Positions 1 to 8,690 are shown, counted from the stretch's first letter. The stretch: 54,007 bases of DNA from Acidobacteriota bacterium (GCA_031404695.1 JANNIB010000313.1:1-54007), one strand, 5' to 3'. A program made the numbers and translations. Notes: generated by a model from the letters alone, not told the origin.

Positions 1-2
1 TG

Positions 3-728
3 CGCGCTGGCGACGAGGAGGAGGATGGTTTCGGCCTCGGCGCGTCGACCATGACCGACACGATGCAGGGCGAGTTCGGTCTGGCGCTCAGCCGCGCCGG
101 CGGGCTCGGCCTCGGCGAGATGCTCGCCGTGGCCCTCCTGAAGAAGGCCGACGATTCACGCGTCATGGCGACGGCCACGGCCGCTTCGGTCCCCACGACC
201 GGCGCGGCATCCACCCCGGCAGGTCCGGTCATCGCCGGCCACGACCATGACCATGCCCCGGCCCCTGCGACCACCGCCGTCCCCGCCGGCGCGGGTCTCG
301 GCGGGGTGGTGACATCGCCGGTGCCGGTCTCGTCGGCCTTCGGCTGGCGCAGTGACCCGTTCACCGGCCAGGCCACCTTCCACAAGGGCGTCGATCTGGC
401 GGCGGCCTACGGCACCGAAGTGCGCGCCTTCGACGGGGGTGTCGTCCGGACGGCCGGGGAGCGTTCGGGCTACGGTCTGACGGTCGTGGTCGACCACGGC
501 GGCGGCCGCGAGACGCTCTACGCGCACCTGTCCTCGCTGGCCGTGACCCCTGGCGATCGGATCGAGGCTGGTCAGCCGATTGCACGGTCAGGGAACAGTG
601 GGCGCGCGACCGGCGCACATCTGCACTTCGAGGCACGGGAATTCGGCCGGCCGGTGGATGCAGGGCGGCTCGCAGCGGTCTGGAACGGCCGGGCGTCCGA
701 CACCGGTGTCGGCGCATCGGACCAATGA
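3..728 (+). CDS. flgJ: FlgJ-like flagellar rod protein: rod-binding segment fused to an M23 (LytM-type) metallopeptidase domain; 5' end runs off the window
   Basis: The frame is open from the window edge. The segment QGEFGLALSRAGGLGLGEMLAVALLKK resembles the end of a FlgJ rod-binding domain. The C-terminal part carries M23 zinc motifs: FHKGVD (HxxxD) and GAHLHFE (HxH). It lies directly upstream of flgM. Confidence 0.7.
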   Translation, partial: RAGDEEEDGFGLGASTMTDTMQGEFGLALSRAGGLGLGEMLAVALLKKADDSRVMATATAASVPTTGAASTPAGPVIAGHDHDHAPAPATTAVPAGAGLGGVVTSPVPVSSAFGWRSDPFTGQATFHKGVDLAAAYGTEVRAFDGGVVRTAGERSGYGLTVVVDHGGGRETLYAHLSSLAVTPGDRIEAGQPIARSGNSGRATGAHLHFEAREFGRPVDAGRLAAVWNGRASDTGVGASDQ

Positions 729-740
729 CGGCTGCGGTAC

Positions 741-767
741 TAATGGAGTCGCCGGCATTGCCGATTG
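741..767 (+). promoter_or_regulatory. sigma-28 (FliA)-type promoter upstream of flgM
   Basis: TAAT (741-744), a 15 nt spacer, then GCCGATTG (760-767), versus the consensus TAAA-N15-GCCGATAA. It lies about 50 nt upstream of the flgM ATG. Confidence 0.55.
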
Positions 768-818
768 GATGGGGGAACAACCCGCGGGCGTGGGGCCCGG
801 CAGGGGAGGGACACGACG

Positions 819-1121
819 ATGAAGATTGATCAGAACCGCGCCAACCTCGACACGGTCGCCAATTCCCGCGCTGATGCGGTGCGCGATGAACGCGCGGCGG
901 CGGCCGAGAAGGCGGCCCAGGACGACCTATCGGCCGACCAGGTGCGGGTGTCCACGACCGGCCAGCTGGCGGCGGCGGCGGCCGCCAAGGCCAACGAGGC
1001 CTCCGACATCCGGCCCGACGCGGTTGCCCGCGGCCGCGACCTGCTCGAACGCGGCGAGCTCGGACGCGACGCCGGCCGGCTGGCCGACAAGCTCATCGAC
1101 AGCCTGCTCGACAAGGGCTGA
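819..1121 (+). CDS. flgM: anti-sigma-28 factor FlgM
   Basis: Small protein beginning MKIDQNRANLD. The C-terminal RPDAVARGRDLLERGELGRDAGRLADKLIDSLL is FlgM-like. A GGAGGG Shine-Dalgarno lies 8 nt upstream of the ATG at 819. The position before flgN/flgK fits. Confidence 0.8.
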   Translation: MKIDQNRANLDTVANSRADAVRDERAAAAEKAAQDDLSADQVRVSTTGQLAAAAAAKANEASDIRPDAVARGRDLLERGELGRDAGRLADKLIDSLLDKG

Positions 1122-1495
1122 TGACCGTGACGCCGATCCGACACGCGGCGGATGTGCTCGGCCAGGTCCGCGCGCTGCGCTCCGCGCTCGAGGACCTCGC
1201 TGGCGCTTTGTCGCGAGGCGACGCTCCGGGGGTGCTGGCCGCGGAGCCGACGCTGCAGGCGGCACTGGCCGCCGTGGATCCCGCCGGAGCGGGCACTCCC
1301 GAGGATCGGGACGCGGCCGCCATCGAACTGGCCGCCGCCCGGGCCGCGCTGGCACGCTGCCGGGCGGTCGGCGCGGCCAATGCCGAACTCACCGGCGTGA
1401 CCCTCGATGTCCTCGGGCGCACCGGTCCGTACAGCCGGCACGGCGCCAACCAGCCGCGCGGACCGCGCGGCCGTGACCTGCACGCGAGGGTGTGA
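1121..1495 (+). CDS. putative FlgN-like export chaperone for FlgK/FlgL
   Basis: Called mainly on position, between flgM and flgK. It has a TGATG overlap with flgM, a small Ala/Leu-rich helical sequence and no diagnostic motif. Confidence 0.45.
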   Translation: MTVTPIRHAADVLGQVRALRSALEDLAGALSRGDAPGVLAAEPTLQAALAAVDPAGAGTPEDRDAAAIELAAARAALARCRAVGAANAELTGVTLDVLGRTGPYSRHGANQPRGPRGRDLHARV

Positions 1496-2862
1496 TGGCG
1501 GGACTCTTCTCCAGTCTGTCGATGGCGGCCAGGTCGCTCGAGGCGCAACGCGCCGGGCTCGATACGGCCGGCCGGAACATCGCCAACCTGAACACGCCTG
1601 GCTACGCCCGCCGCCGACTCGACCTCGCCGAGGTGACCAATGGGACCGGCGGTGTCGAGGTGCTCGGCACCCGCGCGATGCGTGATGTGGTGCTCGACAC
1701 TCGCGCCCGCACCGCCATTCCAGACGAGGCCCGCGAAGGCGCCATCGTCGACACGCTGTCGCTGGTCGAGACCTCGATCGGGGCGCCCGGGCAGGGCATC
1801 GACGGCCGTCTGGCCGCCTTCTTCGACTCGGTCTCGGCGTTGGCGGTCGATCCCACCTCGGCCGTCGCCCGCGACGGCGTGGTGCTGCAGGGACGCCAGC
1901 TGGCAGCGTCGTTCGCCGATGTCGCCCGACAACTGGCCGACAGCGCCCGTCTCGCCGACAACGGCGTGCGCAACGCCGTGAGTGAAGTCAACGCGCTGAC
2001 CGCGCAGATCGCCGAGTTGAACGACGCCATCGCGACCTCCGGCGGCGGCGGCGACGTCGAGGCGCTGCGCGACCGCCAGCAGATCGCCCTCGAGTCGCTG
2101 TCGGCGCTGACCGCGGTGGCGGTGCAGACGCGCGCCGACGGCGGCGTGGACGTGTCGATTCCCTCGGGGCGCGCGCTCGTCATCGGCGGCTCGGCCTACG
2201 GCGTCACCGTCGGCACCGCGCCGTCGACCGGCTATGCCACGCTGACGCTGGGCAACGTCGACGTCACGAGCGAGATCACGAGCGGCCGGATCGGCGGGCT
2301 CTCGCATGCGCGCGACACGCTCATTCCAGGCTATCAGGCGCGCCTCGACGACATGGCCTACGGCGTGGCGCAGCAGGTCAACGCGCTCCACCAGTCGGGT
2401 TTCGACTTGAACGGCAACGCCGGCGTCGCGTTCTTCACGCCGCCGGCGACAGTCGCCGGCGCGGCCGCCAGCCTGGCCGTCAATCCGGCGCTCGCCGGCA
2501 ATCCGAGCCTGGTCGCGGCGTCGCAGAGCGGCGCGCCCGGCGACAACCAGATTGCGCGCCAGATTGCCGGCCTGCGCGACCAGAAGGTGCTGCTCGGCGG
2601 CACCGCCACCTTCACCCAGGGCTGGGCGCAGCTGGCTTACGGCGTCGGCGCCGACGTCGATGCCGCGCGGGCGCAGCAGCAGAGCAAACAGGACGTCGCC
2701 GACCAGGTCGCGCGCCTGCGCGACCAGGTATCGGGCGTCTCGCTCGACGAAGAAGCGGCGTCGATGATCAAGTTCCAGCGGGCCTACGAGGCCAACGCAA
2801 AGTACTTCACGGTCGTCGACGAGATGCTCATGACGCTCATGCGCACCGTGGGAGGCGTGTAA
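1495..2862 (+). CDS. flgK: flagellar hook-associated protein 1 (FlgK)
   Basis: The N-terminus MAGLFSSLSMAARSLEAQRAGLDTAGRNIANLNTPGYARRR is FlgK-like. The C-terminus VSLDEEAASMIKFQRAYEANAKYF is a flagellar rod/hook family terminus. A GTG at 1492 is an alternative start. Confidence 0.93.
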   Translation: MAGLFSSLSMAARSLEAQRAGLDTAGRNIANLNTPGYARRRLDLAEVTNGTGGVEVLGTRAMRDVVLDTRARTAIPDEAREGAIVDTLSLVETSIGAPGQGIDGRLAAFFDSVSALAVDPTSAVARDGVVLQGRQLAASFADVARQLADSARLADNGVRNAVSEVNALTAQIAELNDAIATSGGGGDVEALRDRQQIALESLSALTAVAVQTRADGGVDVSIPSGRALVIGGSAYGVTVGTAPSTGYATLTLGNVDVTSEITSGRIGGLSHARDTLIPGYQARLDDMAYGVAQQVNALHQSGFDLNGNAGVAFFTPPATVAGAAASLAVNPALAGNPSLVAASQSGAPGDNQIARQIAGLRDQKVLLGGTATFTQGWAQLAYGVGADVDAARAQQQSKQDVADQVARLRDQVSGVSLDEEAASMIKFQRAYEANAKYFTVVDEMLMTLMRTVGGV

Positions 2863-3749
2863 TGCGGGTGACCTTCCGGACCGCTTATGGCGGCAACGAA
2901 TACCTCGAAGCGCCGTCGAGCCAGATGGCCACGGCGCGCCAGCAGGTGATGACCGGCAAGCGCGTCCAGAAGGCCAGCGACGACCCGGCCGCCATGCAGC
3001 GCTCGGTCGAAGGCCGCGGCGAGATCGGCGGACTCGAGACCTATGCGCGCACCGCCGATTCGGCGCTCGCCAGGCTGACCACTATCGACACGGTGCTCTC
3101 CGCCGTCGTCGACAAGCTGACCCAGGCAAAGGTGTCGACCCTGTCGGTACAGGGCTCGATCGCCAACCAGCAGCAGCGCGAGGCCGCGGCGCTCACGCTC
3201 GAAGGCGTGCGCGACTCGCTGGTCGCCGACTTCAACACCTCGGTGCGCGGGTCCCATGTCTTCGCCGGCAGCCAGTCGACCACCGCGCCGTATGCGAGAG
3301 TCGCCGGGAGCTGGACCTACCAGGGCAATGCGACGCCGACGAGTGTCGACATCGGTCCGGGTCAGACGGTGGATGTCGCCCTCGACGGCCAGGCCCTCGC
3401 CCAGGGCAGCGACACCGCCAACATCCTGAACGAACTCGAGACGCTGATCGTGGCCGTGCGCGCCAACGACCAGCCGGGCATGGCTGCCGGCGTCGCCGCC
3501 ATCGACCGCGCCTTCGGGCGCGCGACCCGCGCGCAGAGCGGCGTCGGTGTCGACGAGCAGGGCATCAGCGAACGCCAGGTGCAGATCACCTCGGCGCGCC
3601 TGTCGGTGGTGACGCGGGTGTCGAAGGACGAAGATGCGGACCTGGCGATGGCGATCTCGGAGATGAACCGCGCGCAGACTGCGTATCAGGCGGCGCTCGG
3701 CGCCATCGGGGCCACCTCGCGCACGTCGCTGCTGGATTACCTGCGATGA
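2862..3749 (+). CDS. flgL: flagellar hook-associated protein 3 (FlgL)
   Basis: Flagellin-like termini: GKRVQKASDDPAAM at the N-terminal end and DLAMAISEMNRAQTAYQAALGA at the C-terminal end. TAATG overlap with flgK. Confidence 0.9.
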   Translation: MRVTFRTAYGGNEYLEAPSSQMATARQQVMTGKRVQKASDDPAAMQRSVEGRGEIGGLETYARTADSALARLTTIDTVLSAVVDKLTQAKVSTLSVQGSIANQQQREAAALTLEGVRDSLVADFNTSVRGSHVFAGSQSTTAPYARVAGSWTYQGNATPTSVDIGPGQTVDVALDGQALAQGSDTANILNELETLIVAVRANDQPGMAAGVAAIDRAFGRATRAQSGVGVDEQGISERQVQITSARLSVVTRVSKDEDADLAMAISEMNRAQTAYQAALGAIGATSRTSLLDYLR

Positions 3750-4189
3750 CCACGGCCCTCCTCGCCATGCCGGCCGACGTCGAGACGCGCTTCGGCACCT
3801 TCCCGGTGGCCGCGGCCGATGTCGTCCATTTCGCGCACGGCGTGCCGGGCTTCGAGCAGTGCCGGCGCTTCGTGGTCGTCACCGCGCCGGAGCTGGCGCC
3901 GTTCACCTGCCTCCACGGCATCGATGCGCCGGGGCCGTCGTTCCTGACGCTGGATCCGCATCAGGTCGTACCCGGGTTTCACACCACGCTCGGCGCCCCC
4001 GAACGCGCCCGCCTGGACGCCCGGCCCGACGAGCCGCTGCTGTGGCTGTCGATCGTGCACGTCGACGACCTCGCGATCACGGCCAACCTGCGGGCGCCGA
4101 TCGCCATCAACCCGCGGCGGATGCTCGGGCTGCAGGTGATGGGCGCCGACAGCGCCTACCCGACCGACCACCCGTTGACGGACGAGTAG
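3746..4189 (+). CDS. fliW: flagellar assembly factor FliW
   Basis: FGTFPVAAADVVHFAHGVPGFEQCRRFVVV and ANLRAPIAINP are FliW hallmarks. ATGA overlap with flgL; csrA follows immediately. Confidence 0.9.
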   Translation: MTTALLAMPADVETRFGTFPVAAADVVHFAHGVPGFEQCRRFVVVTAPELAPFTCLHGIDAPGPSFLTLDPHQVVPGFHTTLGAPERARLDARPDEPLLWLSIVHVDDLAITANLRAPIAINPRRMLGLQVMGADSAYPTDHPLTDE

Positions 4190-4193
4190 CGCG

Positions 4194-4445
4194 ATGCTGG
4201 TCTTCACGCGCAGACGCGACGAAGCGATCGTCATCGGCGATGGCATCGAGGTGCGCGTGCTGCGCACCGGCAAAGATGCCGTGCGGATTGGCGTGACCGC
4301 GCCGGCCGATGTGCTGGTGCACCGCCGCGAGGTCTACGACCTGGTGCGCGCCGCCAACCAGACGGCCGCCCAGGCGGTGCTGCCGCCGATGGCGCACCTG
4401 GCCGGACGGCTGCGTCTGCAGCCGCCGCTCGAGCGCGTGGAGTAG
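4194..4445 (+). CDS. csrA: carbon storage regulator CsrA (flagellar-type, FliW-partnered)
   Basis: MLVFTRRRDEAIVIGDGIEVRVLRTGKDAVRIGVTAPADVLVHRREVY is a canonical CsrA sequence. Confidence 0.95.
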   Translation: MLVFTRRRDEAIVIGDGIEVRVLRTGKDAVRIGVTAPADVLVHRREVYDLVRAANQTAAQAVLPPMAHLAGRLRLQPPLERVE

Positions 4446-4448
4446 GCC

Positions 4449-5387
4449 GTGCTTCGCTGCGAGCCCTGGGCGACGGCCCGCCCCGACGAGATGGCGGCGG
4501 TCTTCGCGGCCGAAGCGGTGCGCTGGCGGCAGTCGCTGGAGTGGGACACGGCGACCTTGTGGCCGGTGCTGGAGCAGGCCCGCGCGACCGCTGCCCTGCC
4601 GGGCCTGGTGTTGCGCGACGACACTGACCGGATCACCGGCTGGACCTACGCCGCCGCGCGCGAAGGCGAACTGCTCTGCGGCGCCTTGAGTGCCGCCGAG
4701 GCGGAGGGCACGGCGATGCTCGCCGACGGCCTGCTGGCATGGCCGGAGGCGGCGACGGCGTCGCGGCTGGTGTGCTTCGCCTACAGCGACGCCCCGGCGC
4801 TCGACGCCGTGCTGGCCGCCCGCGGCTTCCAGCTCGATCCGCACGAATACCTGGCGCGCCCGCTCGGCCGCGGGCCGTCCGCGCGCCGTCTCGGGCGCGC
4901 CTGGGATGTCCGCGATCTCGACGCCACCGCCGACCTGCTGCGCGCCAGCTATCCGGTCAGCGATCCGGGCCGCCCCTTTGCGCCGCACAGCCGCCCGGCC
5001 GAATGGCAGCGCTACGTCGCCGACCTGGTGCTGGGCCAGGGCTGCGGCCGCTTCCGGCCGTCGCTCTCGATTGCCGTGCCCGGCCCTGGCGGCACGCTCG
5101 ACGCAGTGGCGGTCGTGACCGACCTCGGCGCCGGCACCGCCCATCTGGCGCAGCTGGCCGTGCGTCCCGGCTTCCGCGGCGCCGGGCTCGGCGCCGACAT
5201 GCTGGCCGCCCTCTCGGCCTCGTGCGCCGGCGCCGGCTTCGCGCGCCTGACCCTGCTCGTCGGCGGCAGCAACACCACGGCGCGACGGCTCTACGCGCGG
5301 GCCGGCTTTACGCCTTCGGCGCGCTTCGTCTCGGGCACCAGGGCCGGCGTCGCCGGCGAGCAGCGGCGAAGCGCCCCGGCCGCCTGA
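4449..5387 (+). CDS. GNAT-family N-acetyltransferase (about twice normal GNAT length, possibly a tandem fold)
   Basis: The acetyl-CoA motif region QLAVRPGFRGAGLGADML...ARRLYARAGF sits in the C-terminal half. A GTG start lies 3 nt after the csrA stop. Confidence 0.75.
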   Translation: MLRCEPWATARPDEMAAVFAAEAVRWRQSLEWDTATLWPVLEQARATAALPGLVLRDDTDRITGWTYAAAREGELLCGALSAAEAEGTAMLADGLLAWPEAATASRLVCFAYSDAPALDAVLAARGFQLDPHEYLARPLGRGPSARRLGRAWDVRDLDATADLLRASYPVSDPGRPFAPHSRPAEWQRYVADLVLGQGCGRFRPSLSIAVPGPGGTLDAVAVVTDLGAGTAHLAQLAVRPGFRGAGLGADMLAALSASCAGAGFARLTLLVGGSNTTARRLYARAGFTPSARFVSGTRAGVAGEQRRSAPAA

Positions 5388-5449
5388 GCCGCCGGCACAC
5401 CCGCGCCGGCGCGCCGCATCTCGATTCCGGAAGTGGGGGAGGGCGGCGG

Positions 5450-5923
5450 CTAACCGCGGCGATCGACGAGTGAGGCGTGGCTGATCGACGGCGTGAGCAC
5501 GCGTCGGTAGGCGGCGAGCGTCGTCTCGCCCTGTTCGAGGCTGGCCACGGCCGCGCGGCGCGCCAGCTCCGCATCGGCCAGCGACTGCATCGACTCTTCA
5601 TCGGTGGCAAGAATTCGCGCCACCAGCGTCGAGGCCTTCTGACGCAGGCTCACCACGTCAGCATAGCCGCCGAGCGTGGCCACGCGGTCGCGGGCGACGG
5701 CCAGGCGGGCCCGCGCCGGCTGCAGGCCTTCTTCCACCGCGACCAGCGTGCGCGTCAGCCGATCGCGCTCGTCGCCTTCGATGCCGAGTTGCTCGAAGTC
5801 GCGCCGTGCGGTGACGCCGCGCTGGCGCGCGGCCACCACCGCCAGCTGCTCGAGCAGCGCGATCTCCGCGTCGAGGCCGGCGCGATACTCCGCGAGCGCG
5901 TCGGCGAGGGCGTGGTCGTTCAC
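5450..5923 (-). CDS. putative FliT/FlgN-like flagellar chaperone (hypothetical)
   Basis: Overlaps the fliS stop by 4 nt. It is a helical Ala/Leu/Arg-rich 157 aa protein. The call is positional only. Confidence 0.35.
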   Translation of the reverse strand: MNDHALADALAEYRAGLDAEIALLEQLAVVAARQRGVTARRDFEQLGIEGDERDRLTRTLVAVEEGLQPARARLAVARDRVATLGGYADVVSLRQKASTLVARILATDEESMQSLADAELARRAAVASLEQGETTLAAYRRVLTPSISHASLVDRRG

Positions 5924-6321
5924 GCGGCGCCCCGGACCGGCGCGTCGGCGGCGGGCGTGGCGATGGTCACCCAGCTGTCGCGCAGCACGCCGAGCACCCG
6001 GGACGCGTCGTCGATCGGGCCGACGGCGTTGTCGGCGGCGGCGCGCAGGATGCAGGCGTTGACGTAGCCGTAGAGTTCATCGAGGCGCTGGGCGAGCTCG
6101 CCGCCCTGCTCCATGTTGAGCGTGCTCTGCAGCTCCGCGATGATCGTGATCGCGCGCGACGAGGCGTCGCGGCGGGCGACGATGTCGCCGCGCTCGATGG
6201 CCTCGCGGGCCTGGTGCAGGAAGGTGAGGGCGCCGTCGTACAGCATCACCACCAGTTCGAGCGGGGTGCGCGATTGCACCTGGGTCTGGCGATAGGTTGT
6301 CAGGCCACGCTGAAAGGACAT
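5920..6321 (-). CDS. fliS: flagellin-specific chaperone FliS
   Basis: YRQTQVQSRTPLELVVMLYDGALTFL...IIAELQSTLNMEQGGELAQRLDELYGY is a typical FliS sequence. Confidence 0.93.
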   Translation of the reverse strand: MSFQRGLTTYRQTQVQSRTPLELVVMLYDGALTFLHQAREAIERGDIVARRDASSRAITIIAELQSTLNMEQGGELAQRLDELYGYVNACILRAAADNAVGPIDDASRVLGVLRDSWVTIATPAADAPVRGAA

Positions 6322-6342
6322 CCGCCGGATCTCCGTGAAGGT

Positions 6343-7707
6343 TTAGAGAGAGGTGCCGAAGTTCTTCAGCGACCCCGACTGGCCCTGCAACTGGCTCATG
6401 GCGGCATCGGCGGCGATGAACTCACGCTGCAGCGCCGCGCGCCGGAACGCCAGGCGGTCCTGCATGGCGGCGATCGAGTCGGTCAGGCGCGTCGCCTGCT
6501 CGGTCACTTGTTTGCGGGCGCCGGGAATGAGGCCGTCACTCTGCGTGAAGGCGTCGAGCTGGGTGTCGAGCGCCGCAAACGCGCCGGGCGTGCCGGTCGA
6601 CCCGGCGAAGAGCTTCTCGAGGTTCACGGTGCCGTTGGCCAGCGCGCTCGTGAGCATCGCTGCGTTCAGCGACATCGTGCCGGTGCGGGTGAACTCGATG
6701 CCCACCTGCGAGAGCGCGCTGAAGGCGCCGCCGGTGGAGTACTGGCCCACCAGCGACGCCCGGACCTGTTCCTTGATCTGGCGCAGCAGCGGGTCGCGGC
6801 CGATGCTGGACTGATCGCCCCGGGCGGCCGTCGCGCCCTGGTCGGCAACGAACTTCTGGAAGTCGTTGTACGCCTTCACGAAGTCTTCGACCTTGGTCTT
6901 GACGCCGGCCGTGTCGATGGCGACGTCCACCACGACCGGGTTGAGAGGGTCCTGTTTGAAGGCGGTGATGGTCACGCCGGGGACGGCCGTGCTGATGGTG
7001 TTGGTCGTGCTCGTGATGGCGACGTTGTTGACGAGCAGCGACGCGTCGCGGGCCTGCACGGCGTTGTCGGCGGGCGAGTCGCCGGACACCCCGTCGCTGT
7101 CGGCGTCGCCGAAGGCGATGCCGGTGCCGCCGGTGAGGCTGTTGGTGACGGTGAAGGCGTTGGCCTGGCCGGTGTCTTTGGCCGACAACACCAGCCGGTA
7201 GCTCGACGGACCCGACTGCACGACGCTTGCACGCGCCGGCGGATTGCCGGACGCGTTGATGGCGTCGGCCAACTGCCGGAGCGTCGTCGAGCCCGACAGA
7301 GTGACGGTCACGCCGCCGATTGTGATGGTGCCGCCCGACGCCACCACGGTGTCGGGGTCGGGCGCCGCGGTGGTCGAGGCCGTCACCTGCGCCTTGGCCA
7401 GTTCGTTCACGACCACGTCGTAGCGGCCGGGAATCGCCGACGAGGTGGCCGAGGCGGTCAGGGCGGTGGTGTTGCTGCTGGCCGCGGTGTAGCCGCTCAG
7501 CTGCGAGGTGTCGGCCAGCTTCGCGGCCGCCTGCTGCAGCGCGAGGGCGCGCGTGGTGAGCGTGCCGAATGTGTTGGCGCGCGACTGCAGGGCCGCTTGC
7601 CTGGTCTGCATCGCGACCAGCGGCTGGCTCTCCTGCGTCATGATGATCGTCAGGATCTGGTTGAAGTCGATCCCGTTGGCGCCGCTGAACGTGATAGGCG
7701 AACTCAC
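6343..7707 (-). CDS. fliD: flagellar filament cap protein FliD
   Basis: The N-terminal SSPITFSGANGIDFNQIL and the C-terminal RLAFRRAALQREFIAADAAMSQLQ are FliD-like. GTG start with an AAGGAGGG Shine-Dalgarno. Confidence 0.9.
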   Translation of the reverse strand: MSSPITFSGANGIDFNQILTIIMTQESQPLVAMQTRQAALQSRANTFGTLTTRALALQQAAAKLADTSQLSGYTAASSNTTALTASATSSAIPGRYDVVVNELAKAQVTASTTAAPDPDTVVASGGTITIGGVTVTLSGSTTLRQLADAINASGNPPARASVVQSGPSSYRLVLSAKDTGQANAFTVTNSLTGGTGIAFGDADSDGVSGDSPADNAVQARDASLLVNNVAITSTTNTISTAVPGVTITAFKQDPLNPVVVDVAIDTAGVKTKVEDFVKAYNDFQKFVADQGATAARGDQSSIGRDPLLRQIKEQVRASLVGQYSTGGAFSALSQVGIEFTRTGTMSLNAAMLTSALANGTVNLEKLFAGSTGTPGAFAALDTQLDAFTQSDGLIPGARKQVTEQATRLTDSIAAMQDRLAFRRAALQREFIAADAAMSQLQGQSGSLKNFGTSL

Positions 7708-7754
7708 ACGCCCTCCTTACGCCGGCCCGGACGCGGACCAGCCCCCGAGAACCA

Positions 7755-7772
7755 TTGCGAAATGTCTGCCAA
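7755..7772 (-). promoter_or_regulatory. sigma-54 (RpoN)-type promoter upstream of fliD-fliS
   Basis: The minus strand reads TTGGCAGACATTTCGCAA, i.e. TGGCAG-N5-TCGCA with the exact GG/GC spacing of TGGCAC-N5-TTGCA. It lies between the flagellin terminator hairpin and the fliD start. Confidence 0.5.
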
Positions 7773-7780
7773 CGTGAAAC

Positions 7781-7811
7781 GACGGGCAGGCGGTGGGGGC
7801 GCCCGCCCGTC
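7781..7811 (-). terminator. stem-loop downstream of the flagellin gene (putative terminator)
   Basis: The minus strand reads GACGGGCGGGCG-CCCCCAC-CGCCTGCCCGTC, a 12 bp stem with one G-T pair, followed by GTTTCA. A second 6 bp hairpin, CCCCGG-TTT-CCGGGG, lies at 7832-7846. The U-tract is weak. Confidence 0.5.
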
Positions 7812-7856
7812 GATCTCACTCGTGCGGTGGTCCCCGGAAACCGGGGGTCTCGCGGT

Positions 7857-8654
7857 TTAGCGCAGCAGCGCCAGCACCGACGAGCTCTGCTGGTTGGCCT
7901 GGGCGAGGGCGGCGATACCGCTCTGCGTCAGGATGTTGTAGCGCGCCAGGTTGGCCGACTCTTCCGCCACGTTGGCGTCACGAATGCGGCTCTCGGCGGC
8001 CTTGGTGTTGACCGACTGGTACTGCGCCAGGCCGATGGCGTACTGCAGGCGGTTCTGGAGCGAACCGACGCTGCCGACGACCGTGCCGACCGTCGCCACC
8101 GCGCTGCTGATGGCCGTGACCGCCGTGGCCGCGCCGGCGGCGGTGGCGACGCTGAGACTGGCGATCCCGAGCGTGGTCGTGTCGGCCGCGCCGACCGTGC
8201 CACCCACCGTGCCGCTGCCGCCGCCGCTCACGAACACCGAGAAGCCCTGCGCCGTGCCGAGGCCGGCCACCGAGACTTCACGGGCGATTTCCGCGACCAC
8301 GTCCGTGAACTCGTTGTTCAGGGTGGTGCGGTTGCCGGCGAAGCCGGCCGACGCCGACTGCGACGCCAGCGTCGCGAGACGGTCGAGGAGCGTGCTCACG
8401 TTGTCGAGCGCGCCGTTCTTGATCTGGAGCGTCGAGAGTCCGTCGTTGGCGTTGCGGATGCCCTGGTTGAGAACCGCCTGTTCCGACCGATACGCATTGG
8501 CCACCGCGAGGCCGGCCGCGTCGTCGCCAGCCTGGTTGATACGCAGACCACTCGACAGACGGGTCAACGTCCTCTGCAGGCCGATGCTGGTGGTGTTGAG
8601 GTTCGCCTGCGCGTTCTGCGCCGACACGTTGCTGACAACTGAGAATGAAGCCAT
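7857..8654 (-). CDS. fliC: flagellin (short, about 265 aa, no large outer domain)
   Basis: The N-terminus is MASFSVVSNVSAQNAQANLNTTSIGLQRTLTRLSSGLRINQAGDDAAGLAVAN. The C-terminus is ANLARYNILTQSGIAALAQANQQSSSVLALLR. The ATG at 8654 is preceded by GGAGGAG. The track ORF start at 8702 is an upstream extension. Confidence 0.95.
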   Translation of the reverse strand: MASFSVVSNVSAQNAQANLNTTSIGLQRTLTRLSSGLRINQAGDDAAGLAVANAYRSEQAVLNQGIRNANDGLSTLQIKNGALDNVSTLLDRLATLASQSASAGFAGNRTTLNNEFTDVVAEIAREVSVAGLGTAQGFSVFVSGGGSGTVGGTVGAADTTTLGIASLSVATAAGAATAVTAISSAVATVGTVVGSVGSLQNRLQYAIGLAQYQSVNTKAAESRIRDANVAEESANLARYNILTQSGIAALAQANQQSSSVLALLR

Positions 8655-8660
8655 CTGAAA

Positions 8661-8690
8661 TCTCCTCCGTGAGTCCGGGTCGGCGTCCCT
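8661..8690 (-). promoter_or_regulatory. candidate CsrA-binding GGA motifs in the flagellin 5' leader
   Basis: The leader reads ...CCGGC-AGGGAC-GCCG...CTCACGGAGGAGATTTCAG-ATG. One GGA sits in a hexaloop closed by 4 GC pairs (8681-8694). The second, ACGGAGGAG, overlaps the Shine-Dalgarno (8662-8670). Confidence 0.45.

Noticed and set aside
5388-5449. The palindromic GCGCCGGCGC and distal GCCGCCG/CGGCGGC complements between the convergent GNAT and fliT-like genes, considered as a bidirectional terminator.
   Set aside because: The short palindrome is of a type common in GC-rich DNA. The longer arms are about 50 nt apart and lack a U-tract. The evidence is too weak to call.
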